Assembly: GCA_934178555.1 (NCBI GenBank)
Contig: CAKPQL010000003.1
Location: forward strand, 13,374 to 77,373
Source of the DNA: an uncultured Clostridia bacterium
GTDB taxonomy: Bacteria > Bacillota > Clostridia > TANB77 > CAG-508
Direction: 5' to 3'
DNA length: 64,000 nucleotides
Below, in pieces: positions 32,643-42,321 of the stretch (the stretch's first letter is position 1; each line of letters starts with the position of its first letter). The position numbers and the translations under genes are program-made. The notes under the pieces were generated by a model. The model was not told the DNA's origin and did no database searches. It worked only from the letters and a program-made list of their open reading frames with translations.

Positions 32643-34099
32643 TATCCAATACTTCCCTCCAATTCCAAATTTATTAAATTATTCATTTCCACAGCATATT
32701 CTACTGGTAGTTCTTTAGATATTGGTGATGCAAATCCTCTTACAATCATAGCTTTTGCATCTTCTTCTGATAGACCTCTAGACATTAAATAAAATATCTC
32801 CTTATCACTAATCTTTCCTATTTTTGCTTCATGAGAAAATTCAACTTCATCTGTCTTTATATCATTTACTGGAATTGTATCAGATCTTGATATATCATCC
32901 AACATTAAAGACTCACAGCTTACACTGCACTTTGAATTTTTTGCATTTTCTTGTATTCTAACCAAAGCTCTATAAGTACATGCTCCTCCATCTTTTGAAA
33001 TTGATTTTGAATTAACAACAGATGATGTATTAGGTGCATTGTGTACTACTTTAAATCCTGTATCTAGATTCTGTCCGCCTCCAGCAAAGGTAATACCTGT
33101 ATATTCTGTCTTTGCTCCTTCTCCATTTAAAATGCTCATTGGATATAGCATTGATATTTTAGAACCAAATGATCCTGTTACCCAATCAATTTGTGCATTT
33201 TTTCCTACTATAGCTTTTTTTGTATTTAAGTTCATCATATTTTTTGACCAGTTTTCAATTGTAGAATATCGTAAATAAGCATTATCTTTTACATATAATT
33301 CTACACAGCCTGCATGTAAGTTAACTTTATTATATTTTGGTGCAGAACATCCCTCTATAAAGTGCAAACTTGCTCCTTCATCTACAATAATCAATGTATG
33401 TTCAAATTGACCTGACTCTGGTGAATTTAATCTAAAATATGACTGAAGTGGAATATCCACTTTGACATTTTTAGGTACATATACAAAAGAACCTCCAGAC
33501 CATACAGCTGCATGTAATGCTACGAATTTATGGTCATTTATAGGTACACATTTCATGAAATGCTGTTTTACTATCTCTGGATATTCTCTAACTGCTGTTT
33601 CCATATCTGTATATACTACACCTTGTTTAATTAATTCTTCTTTTATACTATGATATACAACCTCAGAATCATATTGAGCCCCCACACCAGCAAGTGATTT
33701 TTTTTCTGCTTCCGGAATTCCTAAATTATCAAATGTTTTCTTTATGTCTTCCGGAACATCATCCCAACTAGAATTAAGTTTAGATTTTGGCTTTACATAT
33801 GTTGCTATATCTTCCATTTTTAGTTCTGATAAATCTGGTCCCCATGTTGGCAATTCTAGTTCATTATATACATCTAAGGCCTTTAGTCTTATTTCTTTCA
33901 TCCAATTAGGCTCATTTTTTTTAGTTGATATCTCTTCTACTATTTCTCTATTTAAACCTTTTTGCATTTTAAACTCATAATCGTCTTTGTTTTTTATATC
34001 ATATATATTTTGATTTACATCTTCTACTATTGTTTTATTCGCCACTTTTTTCCCAGCCTTTCTTATATTACTTGTATTGCTCATAGCCTTCTTCTTCAA
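32642..34099 (-). CDS. sufB: Fe-S cluster assembly protein SufB
   Basis: 485 aa, conserved SufB blocks. Confidence 0.9.
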   Translation of the reverse strand: MKKKAMSNTSNIRKAGKKVANKTIVEDVNQNIYDIKNKDDYEFKMQKGLNREIVEEISTKKNEPNWMKEIRLKALDVYNELELPTWGPDLSELKMEDIATYVKPKSKLNSSWDDVPEDIKKTFDNLGIPEAEKKSLAGVGAQYDSEVVYHSIKEELIKQGVVYTDMETAVREYPEIVKQHFMKCVPINDHKFVALHAAVWSGGSFVYVPKNVKVDIPLQSYFRLNSPESGQFEHTLIIVDEGASLHFIEGCSAPKYNKVNLHAGCVELYVKDNAYLRYSTIENWSKNMMNLNTKKAIVGKNAQIDWVTGSFGSKISMLYPMSILNGEGAKTEYTGITFAGGGQNLDTGFKVVHNAPNTSSVVNSKSISKDGGACTYRALVRIQENAKNSKCSVSCESLMLDDISRSDTIPVNDIKTDEVEFSHEAKIGKISDKEIFYLMSRGLSEEDAKAMIVRGFASPISKELPVEYAVEMNNLINLELEGSIG

Positions 34100-34802
34100 T
34101 ACATTTTGCTAAATCACTGTTTCCTGTTTTTACTATTTTTCCATTTACTAAAACATGTACATAGTCAACATTTAAGTGTTTTAATATACGAGTGTTGTGA
34201 GTTATAATTAATACTGCATTTTCATTTGTTTTGTACATTTCAATACCTTTTGATACTGTCCTTATTGCGTCTACATCTAAGCCTGAATCAGTCTCGTCCA
34301 ATATTGCCAATTTAGGATTTAGCACAAGCATTTGCAATATTTCATTCTTCTTCTTTTCTCCTCCAGAGAATCCAACATTCAAATCTCTTTCTACTAATTT
34401 TGGATTCATGTTTAACTCTTCTATATATTTATTTACTTGCTCTTTAAATTCAAATATTTTTACTGGTTGATTTGTAACTTTGTTTTTTGTATATTTTAAA
34501 AAGTTCATTCCTGTAATACCTGGTATTTCTTCTGGTAATTGGAATGACATAAAAATACCTTTTTTAGCTATTTTATCTGTTGTCAAATCATTTATATTTT
34601 CTCCTTCAAACTCTACTTTTCCACTTTGTTTGCTATATTCTGGATTATTTAATATTACATTTGCAAGTGTTGATTTTCCAGCTCCATTTGGTCCCATAAT
34701 AACATGAACTTCACCTTTATTTATTCTTAAATTTAATCCTTTTAATATCTCTTTTTCTCCTGCATTAACATATAAATCTTTTATTTCTAATAATGTATCC
34801 AT
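34068..34802 (-). CDS. sufC: Fe-S cluster assembly ATPase SufC
   Basis: Walker A GPNGAGKST, ABC signature LNVGFSGGEKKK, Walker B ILDETDSGLD. Confidence 0.9.
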   Translation of the reverse strand: MDTLLEIKDLYVNAGEKEILKGLNLRINKGEVHVIMGPNGAGKSTLANVILNNPEYSKQSGKVEFEGENINDLTTDKIAKKGIFMSFQLPEEIPGITGMNFLKYTKNKVTNQPVKIFEFKEQVNKYIEELNMNPKLVERDLNVGFSGGEKKKNEILQMLVLNPKLAILDETDSGLDVDAIRTVSKGIEMYKTNENAVLIITHNTRILKHLNVDYVHVLVNGKIVKTGNSDLAKCIEEEGYEQYK

Positions 34803-34903
34803 CTAATTATTCTCCTATCATATATTATTGTTTTCATACCAATTAAGTAGGAATTATATCATATATTTCCTATATAGTCAACTTAAACCACCTTATGCTA
34901 TTA

Positions 34904-35302
34904 CTATTTTAAGAAGTCTGCCAAAGTTTTGCTATCCACATAATCATTTATTGTTTTATCTAAACCTTCCCAAAACGAATATGTAACGCAATCTGTTTTC
35001 TTATTGCATGTACCATCTTCTGATAAACATATTATTGGTGCTAAATCACCTTCTGTAGCCCTTAAAATATCTCCAATTTTGTATTCTTCTGGTTTCTTTA
35101 TTAATTTATATCCACCATTGTTTCCTCTAGCTGTTTGTAGATACCCCGCTTTATTAAGTAAAGCAACTATTTGCTCTAAATATTTCATTGATACATCTTG
35201 TCTTTTAGCAATATCTTTTAAAGAAATAAATGTTCCTTTATTGTTCAATGCTAAATCTATCATTATTCTTAATGCATATCTTCCCTTTGATGATACTATC
35301 AT
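34904..35302 (-). CDS. Rrf2 family transcriptional regulator (IscR/SufR-like), head of the suf operon
   Basis: 132 aa. SKGRYALRIMIDLA wHTH N-terminus and Cys-containing C-terminal region. Confidence 0.8.
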   Translation of the reverse strand: MIVSSKGRYALRIMIDLALNNKGTFISLKDIAKRQDVSMKYLEQIVALLNKAGYLQTARGNNGGYKLIKKPEEYKIGDILRATEGDLAPIICLSEDGTCNKKTDCVTYSFWEGLDKTINDYVDSKTLADFLK

Positions 35303-35443
35303 ATTATCTCCTCCAATATTTTTATTATACTACTAAATTGGTAGGAATTACAAGTCATTATCGATTATTTGGCAAATTTTATTGTTTATGCTATAATAAA
35401 TTATGTTAGTATTAACTAAAATTTATTTTTGGAGGAAACTTCT

Positions 35444-36238
35444 ATGACTAATATTTATCCCGCTCTTTCTTATTACCATGAGGCTAATCGGTACGATGTA
35501 GTTTTCGCCGAAGAACCTCTCCTTGGCAAAAAGCGGCACATTGAAAATGTAATGCGTCTTGGTGTATCAATTGCTAATGCTCAAAATTTGTCGCTTGATA
35601 ACTTTCTTCTTTTAGCATGTTTGGAGCACCATGACGACGGTCGTGCAGACCAGTATCGACTCTTAGGAAAATTCTGGGATACGGAAGTATCTCACAATGT
35701 TCTTGGCATTGACAGACTCGATAAATTTCTTCAGCATAATAATCTGAAAGTTGACAAGGGCATCGAAATCTTGCGTCAGGTTATGTTGTATCACGGTCGA
35801 GTTCATCTTCTTGCTAATGTTTCAGGCGAGACTAAAGCATATGTAGAGTTGGTTACTGCTGCAGACGACTTTGAAAACGCCTGCTCATGCGTTAGCTACC
35901 TTGTAAAAGAGGTGGAAAATGATGAAAAAGGTTATTTAAAAAACAACCCAAATGCAGACCAGCTTACAGTTTCAGACTATGTTTTCTTTCACTTTAAGAG
36001 TGGAGAAAAGTTCGACAAGATGGTATGGTGTCACACCTATGCCGAGTATGTACTCTTTGCTGCAACACTTGCTACAAACTGTATCAAAAAATACGGTAAC
36101 ATCGCAAAAGTTGCACTCTCGCAACCGGGATATGGCTATTCCTCGATACTCGATGGATACCATGATGTTTTTGAAAAAACATTGAGTCCTAAAATGGTGG
36201 AAGATGCATATAACATCATTTCATCTATGGTTGAATAG
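35444..36238 (+). CDS. hypothetical protein with HD-domain-like motifs; compositionally foreign (about 40% GC)
   Basis: ATG at 35444 after a GGAGG RBS (35431-35435). Motifs ...RH...LEHHDDGR...H...H...D are consistent with HD phosphohydrolase His/Asp spacing. Uses CGG, CGT, GCC, CTC codons that are rare or absent in neighbouring genes. Confidence 0.5.
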   Translation: MTNIYPALSYYHEANRYDVVFAEEPLLGKKRHIENVMRLGVSIANAQNLSLDNFLLLACLEHHDDGRADQYRLLGKFWDTEVSHNVLGIDRLDKFLQHNNLKVDKGIEILRQVMLYHGRVHLLANVSGETKAYVELVTAADDFENACSCVSYLVKEVENDEKGYLKNNPNADQLTVSDYVFFHFKSGEKFDKMVWCHTYAEYVLFAATLATNCIKKYGNIAKVALSQPGYGYSSILDGYHDVFEKTLSPKMVEDAYNIISSMVE

Positions 36239-36256
36239 TTCTAACCATACTCCATC

Positions 36257-36291
36257 AGCATACAGCATTTAATTGCTGTATGTTTTTTTAT
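36257..36291 (+). terminator. rho-independent terminator after the foreign gene
   Basis: gcatacagc atttaatt gctgtatg followed by ttttttta. Confidence 0.6.
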
Positions 36292-36337
36292 ATAAAAAAA
36301 GCAGATTATTTATGAGGCTGCTGAAAAAGTAGCCTCA

Positions 36338-36787
36338 TTATTTATCTGCCTTTTTAAATACGAATAATTTACTTAAAATATAATTTCCTACAATCACTAC
36401 TACTTGTGAAATTAATGTAAATATTACAACATATAAATTAGAATTTAGCCCAAGCAATGTAACGAAAAACCACATTATAATCATTTCCATAATTAGAGTA
36501 GTAATTCTAGCTACAACAAAACTACTAAATTCTTTTAATTTATTTTGATTTTTACTTTCAAACACAAAATTTCTATTAGTAAAATATGCAAATAAAACTG
36601 CTGCAACCCATGATATAATTACTGCTATTTGTAATTGTACGGCATTACTTGCTTCTAATACTGTAAACAGCAAAGCATATTTTACTCCTAAACTTACAAC
36701 TGTAGCTAATACACCAAATATCAAATATAATATTATTTCTTTGTATTTTTTATATAACTCTAATAATTTATTCATTTTATTCCCCAT
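36338..36787 (-). CDS. GtrA family polysaccharide-biosynthesis membrane protein
   Basis: 149 aa with 4 TM helices, GtrA-like. Confidence 0.7.
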   Translation of the reverse strand: MGNKMNKLLELYKKYKEIILYLIFGVLATVVSLGVKYALLFTVLEASNAVQLQIAVIISWVAAVLFAYFTNRNFVFESKNQNKLKEFSSFVVARITTLIMEMIIMWFFVTLLGLNSNLYVVIFTLISQVVVIVGNYILSKLFVFKKADK

Positions 36788-37724
36788 CTTCTTTTAATTC
36801 CTTTAATTTATCTAAATACTCTGTATACTTCATTTCAAAATCCTGCTTAGACTTTCTACTAACTGTATCTAATATTAGGCCACCAAAGAATGATTGTATT
36901 GCACATATATAAAAGAATATTGATGCAATAAATGACGGAATCTTTGGTACTAGTCCTGATTTAACATAATCTATTATAACTGGAGTCAAGAATCCAGAAC
37001 CTATTATAAATAGCACTAATGCTAACCACATAAAAAATGATAAAGGTCTATAGTTTTTGTATAACGAAACAATAGTTTTTAACACTTTAAATCCATCCGA
37101 ATACGTATTTAGTTTTGAAGAACTTCCCTCTGGTCTATCTTGATATTCAATTATTACATTTTTTGCAAATAAATTTTTGTCTAATGTATGGATTGTCATT
37201 TCAGTTTCAATTTCAAATCCTTTTGATAATACAGGGAAAGTCTTTACAAAGCAATAACTGAATGCTCTATACCCAGTCATAACATCTCTAATATTACTCT
37301 TGTATATAAAATTAATTAATCCTCTAACTAAAACGTTTCCAAAATTATGAAATGGTCTTTTATTTTCTGTAAAATAAGTAGACGAAAGTCTATCTCCAAT
37401 TACCATATCTACTTTATCATTTAATACTAAATTTACCATTTCTCTTGCGCTTGATGAAGGATACGTATCATCTCCATCTGTCATTATATAACATTCTGCA
37501 TCGATTTCCCTAAACATTCTTTTTATAACATTACCTTTTCCTTGCTTCTTTTCATATCTAACTATAGCTCCTGCATTCCTTGCAATTTCATCAGTTCCGT
37601 CTGTTGAATTATTATCATATACATAAATAACAGCTTCTGGTAAATCTCTTTTAAAATCTTCAATTACTTTTCTTATTGTTTTTGATTCATTATAACAAGG
37701 TATTAATACCGCTATCTTATCCAT
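36777..37724 (-). CDS. family 2 glycosyltransferase (GtrB / dolichyl-phosphate sugar transferase-like)
   Basis: LIPCYNE...YDNNSTDGT...DGDD GT2 motifs plus a C-terminal TM segment. Confidence 0.85.
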   Translation of the reverse strand: MDKIAVLIPCYNESKTIRKVIEDFKRDLPEAVIYVYDNNSTDGTDEIARNAGAIVRYEKKQGKGNVIKRMFREIDAECYIMTDGDDTYPSSSAREMVNLVLNDKVDMVIGDRLSSTYFTENKRPFHNFGNVLVRGLINFIYKSNIRDVMTGYRAFSYCFVKTFPVLSKGFEIETEMTIHTLDKNLFAKNVIIEYQDRPEGSSSKLNTYSDGFKVLKTIVSLYKNYRPLSFFMWLALVLFIIGSGFLTPVIIDYVKSGLVPKIPSFIASIFFYICAIQSFFGGLILDTVSRKSKQDFEMKYTEYLDKLKELKEDGE

Positions 37725-37726
37725 AA

Positions 37727-39109
37727 TTAGCTCTCCGTTTCTACTTTTTCTTCTTTATGTTTGTAATCACTATATATTTTATAAATACACCATGGTACAA
37801 CTACCCAAAAAGTTAACATTGTTATATATACATATCTAGTTGATGGCACTGGCATAGCAGGTGCTAAACTTAACATATTAAGCAAAGATGGTAAAATAAG
37901 TAATAGAATTTTTTTATCTTTGTATTTCTTTATTAATACAATAATAGCAATTATTGATAAATACATATATATTGCAGGTCTCATTGTTATTATACCTAAC
38001 GTTCCAGTTTGCCATTTATTTTCTATGTTTTTTAGTTCTTTTACCAATGTAGGTAATTTAGAATTTTCCTTTAGCTCAGGATATACATTTTCATAAATAT
38101 ATAATTCCGTCTCTGTAAACATTCCTGCAACATAAGATTCTAGAAAAGGTATTGGGCTATAAAAAAATGAAGTTGTTTTTATATAGTATTTTACTACTTC
38201 TAGTGGATATTGTATAGCTTTATGCAACCCTATTTTTAAATATTCAGTTCCATTTTCTTTCAAAGCTTCTACTTTTTGGGCTCTTATACTATAATCCATA
38301 TTATAAAGTTTATATGTGTTTTTTAATTCTTCAACGTCTACAAACTCACTCATATTTTCTATATCTTCTTCAGTAAATTCCACTTTATCATTATTTAACA
38401 TTTTTGCCAAAATATGTGATACAGGTCCATACTTGTTTGAATAATTAGCTTCTTTGATATTTAATATTTTAAATCCTACACTAGTCATAAGTAAATATGC
38501 TGCAATCCAACCTATGCAAACGAAATAAATACTTTTTTCTTTTCTATATATCAAAATTAAAACTAATGCCATTATTCCAATTACAATTATACCGTTATGT
38601 CTAAATAAACTAACTAGTAAACCTGCCATAAAAAGTAATAAGCAATGATACCATTTTTTTAACCATTCTTTGTCATTAATTATATCTATTAGAAAAGCTA
38701 TTAATAAAAGTATCCAAAAAGAATACAATACATCCTTAAGCATATTTACTGCAAAATTAAAATTAAGAGGTGTTAAAGCAAATAGGCAAGATACAAAAAA
38801 TAACACTAATTTATTTACTTTATAATATTTTTCTATTCTAGTTAATGTATAAGCAAAAATGAATGCTATTAATATATATTGTATTATTATTACAAAAGCT
38901 GGAGAATTACAAATTCGTGTTAAAAGGAAAATATATATAGTGCTATATGCTGGATGCCAATTGTCAATTTCTCCTGTTTGTACTTGATTCCATTGAACCA
39001 TGGCATCAGGAGAAAGTATTCCTGGCCAATAAGCTAACATTACAATTGAAAATACGATTATCATAGGTAAAGCATATACAAGTATTGATGGCATTTTAAA
39101 CTTTTTCAT
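37727..39109 (-). CDS. polytopic membrane protein, putative GT-C-type glycosyltransferase / GtrC-like
   Basis: 460 aa with at least 10 predicted TM helices. Position after GtrA-GtrB suggests a glycosyl-transfer membrane component. Confidence 0.45.
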   Translation of the reverse strand: MKKFKMPSILVYALPMIIVFSIVMLAYWPGILSPDAMVQWNQVQTGEIDNWHPAYSTIYIFLLTRICNSPAFVIIIQYILIAFIFAYTLTRIEKYYKVNKLVLFFVSCLFALTPLNFNFAVNMLKDVLYSFWILLLIAFLIDIINDKEWLKKWYHCLLLFMAGLLVSLFRHNGIIVIGIMALVLILIYRKEKSIYFVCIGWIAAYLLMTSVGFKILNIKEANYSNKYGPVSHILAKMLNNDKVEFTEEDIENMSEFVDVEELKNTYKLYNMDYSIRAQKVEALKENGTEYLKIGLHKAIQYPLEVVKYYIKTTSFFYSPIPFLESYVAGMFTETELYIYENVYPELKENSKLPTLVKELKNIENKWQTGTLGIITMRPAIYMYLSIIAIIVLIKKYKDKKILLLILPSLLNMLSLAPAMPVPSTRYVYITMLTFWVVVPWCIYKIYSDYKHKEEKVETES

Positions 39110-40226
39110 TTAGTTTCTCCTTTCCATATTTTTGGATTATTGCATCTGCAATTCTTTTGCTTGCATACCCATCTCCATATGGATTAGATGCTTTACTCAT
39201 ACTATCATATATTTCTTTATTTGTTAATAACTCTTTAGTCAAAGAATAAATTGTTTCTTCATTTGTTCCAGCTAGTTTTAAAGTTCCTGCATCTATTCCT
39301 TCAGGTCTTTCTGTTGTATCTCTTAATACTAATACAGGTTTACCTAAAGATGGTGCTTCTTCTTGAATTCCGCCACTATCTGTCAAGATTAAATAAGATT
39401 TATTTAAAAAATTATGAAAATCTATTACTTCTAGTGGAGATATTAATTTTATTTTTTCGTCATCGCCTAGTATTTCATTTGCAATTTGCTTTACTTTAGG
39501 ATTTAAGTGTACTGGGTATATAACCTTTACATCTGGGAACTCATCAACAATTCTTTTGATTGCTCTGAACATATGTCTCATTGGTTCACCAAGATTTTCT
39601 CTTCTGTGTGCTGTAACAAGTATTAATTTATCGTTTCCAACCCAATCAAATATTTCATTTGAATAACTTGAATCAACTGTAGTTGCTAAAGCATCTATAG
39701 CTGTATTTCCTGTAACATATATATTTTTTTCATTCTTTCCTTCTGCAATTAAGCTTTGTTTACTCTTCTCTGTAGGAGCAAAATGCATATCTGCTAGAAC
39801 ACCTACCATTTGTCTATTCATTTCTTCTGGATATGGAGAATACTTATTCCAAGTTCTAAGTCCTGCTTCCACATGTCCAATATCTGTTTGTGTATAGTAT
39901 GCTGCTAGTGCACCAGCAAATGTAGTAGTTGTATCTCCATGCACTAAAACAATGTTAGGTTTTTCTTTATTTATAACTTCTTCTATTCCCTTTAATGCTC
40001 TACTTGTAATATCACTTAATGTTTGCCCTTGTTGCATTATATTTAAATCGTAGTCTGGAGTAATTTTAAATACTTCCAACACTTGATCTAACATTTGTCT
40101 GTGTTGAGCAGTAACACACACAATACACTGAATTTCTTCCCTTGATTTTAATTCTTTTACTAAAGGAGCCATTTTTATTGCTTCTGGTCTTGTTCCAAAT
40201 ACTGTCATTACTTTTATTTTATCCAT
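39096..40226 (-). CDS. wecB: UDP-N-acetylglucosamine 2-epimerase (non-hydrolysing)
   Basis: MTVFGTRPEAIKMAPL N-terminus; full-length MnaA/WecB. Confidence 0.9.
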   Translation of the reverse strand: MDKIKVMTVFGTRPEAIKMAPLVKELKSREEIQCIVCVTAQHRQMLDQVLEVFKITPDYDLNIMQQGQTLSDITSRALKGIEEVINKEKPNIVLVHGDTTTTFAGALAAYYTQTDIGHVEAGLRTWNKYSPYPEEMNRQMVGVLADMHFAPTEKSKQSLIAEGKNEKNIYVTGNTAIDALATTVDSSYSNEIFDWVGNDKLILVTAHRRENLGEPMRHMFRAIKRIVDEFPDVKVIYPVHLNPKVKQIANEILGDDEKIKLISPLEVIDFHNFLNKSYLILTDSGGIQEEAPSLGKPVLVLRDTTERPEGIDAGTLKLAGTNEETIYSLTKELLTNKEIYDSMSKASNPYGDGYASKRIADAIIQKYGKEKLNEKV

Positions 40227-40956
40227 TATTTTTCCCTCCGTCTTTTTTATGTATTAACACTAAAAATATAAATTTTATTAATTTTAGTTGCCTAAAAACA
40301 CGTCTTGGTTGCTTTATTAATCTATATAACCATTCCAAATTACATCTTATAATCCAATCTGGAGCTCTTTTTATAGAATTACTTATAACATCAAAGCTTC
40401 CTCCTACTGGCATAAATATTTTTACAGATTTAAGTTCACTTCTATGATTAATAATAAATTGCTCTTGCTTTGGACTGCCTAATCCAACAAATAATATATT
40501 GGCACCTGATTTATTTATACTTTCCAAAACCATCTCTTCTTTTTCATAGCCATTACATGTTCCAACTATATTTATACCATGAATTTTCTTTTCTAGTTCT
40601 TCTTTTGCTTTATCTGCTACTCCAATTTTTGAACCATATAAAAATATTTTAGAATTATATTTTATAGACTCTACACATATTTCATTCATTAAATCTATAC
40701 CTGTAATTCTTTGATTTATGCTACCTTTTGACATTTTTGACGCATAAACTATACCTATCCCATCTGGAATTTGATATTTTTCAGAATTAAAAATTTGAAT
40801 TAAATCTTTATTTTTATAATTTTTAATTATTATTTCTGGATTTATATTTACAATAAAATTAGAAATATTATTACTAAAATCTTTAAATATTTCTCTAACT
40901 ATTTCACTATAATTAGTATTACAAACTTCAAATCCTAATATGCTTTCTTTATCCAT
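40219..40956 (-). CDS. tagA: WecG/TagA/CpsF family glycosyltransferase (N-acetylmannosaminyltransferase)
   Basis: 245 aa GT26-family protein; conserved ...LEWLYRL... C-terminal block. Confidence 0.75.
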   Translation of the reverse strand: MDKESILGFEVCNTNYSEIVREIFKDFSNNISNFIVNINPEIIIKNYKNKDLIQIFNSEKYQIPDGIGIVYASKMSKGSINQRITGIDLMNEICVESIKYNSKIFLYGSKIGVADKAKEELEKKIHGINIVGTCNGYEKEEMVLESINKSGANILFVGLGSPKQEQFIINHRSELKSVKIFMPVGGSFDVISNSIKRAPDWIIRCNLEWLYRLIKQPRRVFRQLKLIKFIFLVLIHKKDGGKNNG

Positions 40957-40965
40957 ATTATTTCC

Positions 40966-42264
40966 TTATTTTTCATTTTCTTTTAACAAATTTATAATCA
41001 CTTTTGCTTTAGCTTCCCATGTGTTTTCTAATGCTTCTTTATTTAAGAGTTCAAAATATTCTTTGTTTTCTTTACTAGATAATGTGATTGCTTTATCTAC
41101 TAGTTCTACAAATTCATCATTGTTTTTCGCAATCATTACTGATTCATATTTTTTGCATTCGTTCATCGCCGTTGTTACTATTGGCTTTCCCATTGCCATA
41201 TATTCAAATAATTTTAATGGTGAAGTAGATTGAGTAATCTCATTTATTAAAAAAGGTATAGTACATACATTAAAATAATTTGCATAATTTGGTAGCTCTT
41301 CATATTTTTTAGAACCTAAAAAGTATACATTAGTACATCCTCCTAGATTTGATTTTTCAAAAGAATCATCATATTTTACTCCCAAAAGAACAATATTATA
41401 TTCAGGTCTTTTTTTTGCCAAATATTTTACCATTTCATAATCAAACCAACTAGCAAGTGCACCATAATACCCAATTATAGGTTTCTTCTCATTTACAATA
41501 TCTAAAAATTTTTTATCATAACTAAAATCTTTATTTAAAATATTAAAATGATTGTAATCAACCCCATTGCATGCAAATGCTAATTTTTCTGTTCCTCTTT
41601 TTGAAATAACATCTTTTTGTATTTCATCAGCTGTTACTATAACAAATACATTTTCTTTGTCATTTAACATATATTCATATTTTTCTTTTATATTTATAGG
41701 CAATTCTTTAGTTCCAATTATTAGTGGACTTAAATCATCTATATATTCATATATAATTTTATAGCCATCGTTAAGATATTGTTTTAATTCACTTATAGTC
41801 ATATTATAATCTGTAGAATATATTTGAATGTATCGTGGTAAATTTATATTTCTAACCTTTTCCAATATCATTTTCTTAATTGCACGATTGTTAAAATTAA
41901 CTAAAAACAAATTATCTTCTACTTTTTTTATTTGTTTTACATTATCAGTCATTGTTGTTACTTCATATAATACTAAGCATCTCTTTCGTGCAAGGTTTAT
42001 AGATATATGTTGTGGTCTTTGAAATAATGGAACATTCCATCCAAAGTCACTTTTCCAAATAATAATTCTATCAAAATTATTATTTAAAAATATATTATCT
42101 AATAAATTTTTATATTTCCTTTTATTTAATTTTACATTTATATAACTAAATATATTTATTTTTGATAAATATTTTGCTTTTATATATTTGAATGTTTTTT
42201 TTATTGTAACTAGTATTCCATCTTTCTTTATCACAAATATAATCTTTTCAAATTTTTTTTTCAT
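40966..42264 (-). CDS. glycosyltransferase, GT4-like C-terminal domain
   Basis: C-terminal E-x7-E-like region ...SPLKLFEYMAMGKPIV... Confidence 0.6.
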   Translation of the reverse strand: MKKKFEKIIFVIKKDGILVTIKKTFKYIKAKYLSKINIFSYINVKLNKRKYKNLLDNIFLNNNFDRIIIWKSDFGWNVPLFQRPQHISINLARKRCLVLYEVTTMTDNVKQIKKVEDNLFLVNFNNRAIKKMILEKVRNINLPRYIQIYSTDYNMTISELKQYLNDGYKIIYEYIDDLSPLIIGTKELPINIKEKYEYMLNDKENVFVIVTADEIQKDVISKRGTEKLAFACNGVDYNHFNILNKDFSYDKKFLDIVNEKKPIIGYYGALASWFDYEMVKYLAKKRPEYNIVLLGVKYDDSFEKSNLGGCTNVYFLGSKKYEELPNYANYFNVCTIPFLINEITQSTSPLKLFEYMAMGKPIVTTAMNECKKYESVMIAKNNDEFVELVDKAITLSSKENKEYFELLNKEALENTWEAKAKVIINLLKENEK

Positions 42265-42321
42265 TATTACTCCCTAGTATTCATATACCTTTGTATCGCT
42301 TGGCTTTATAAATTATCTGTA

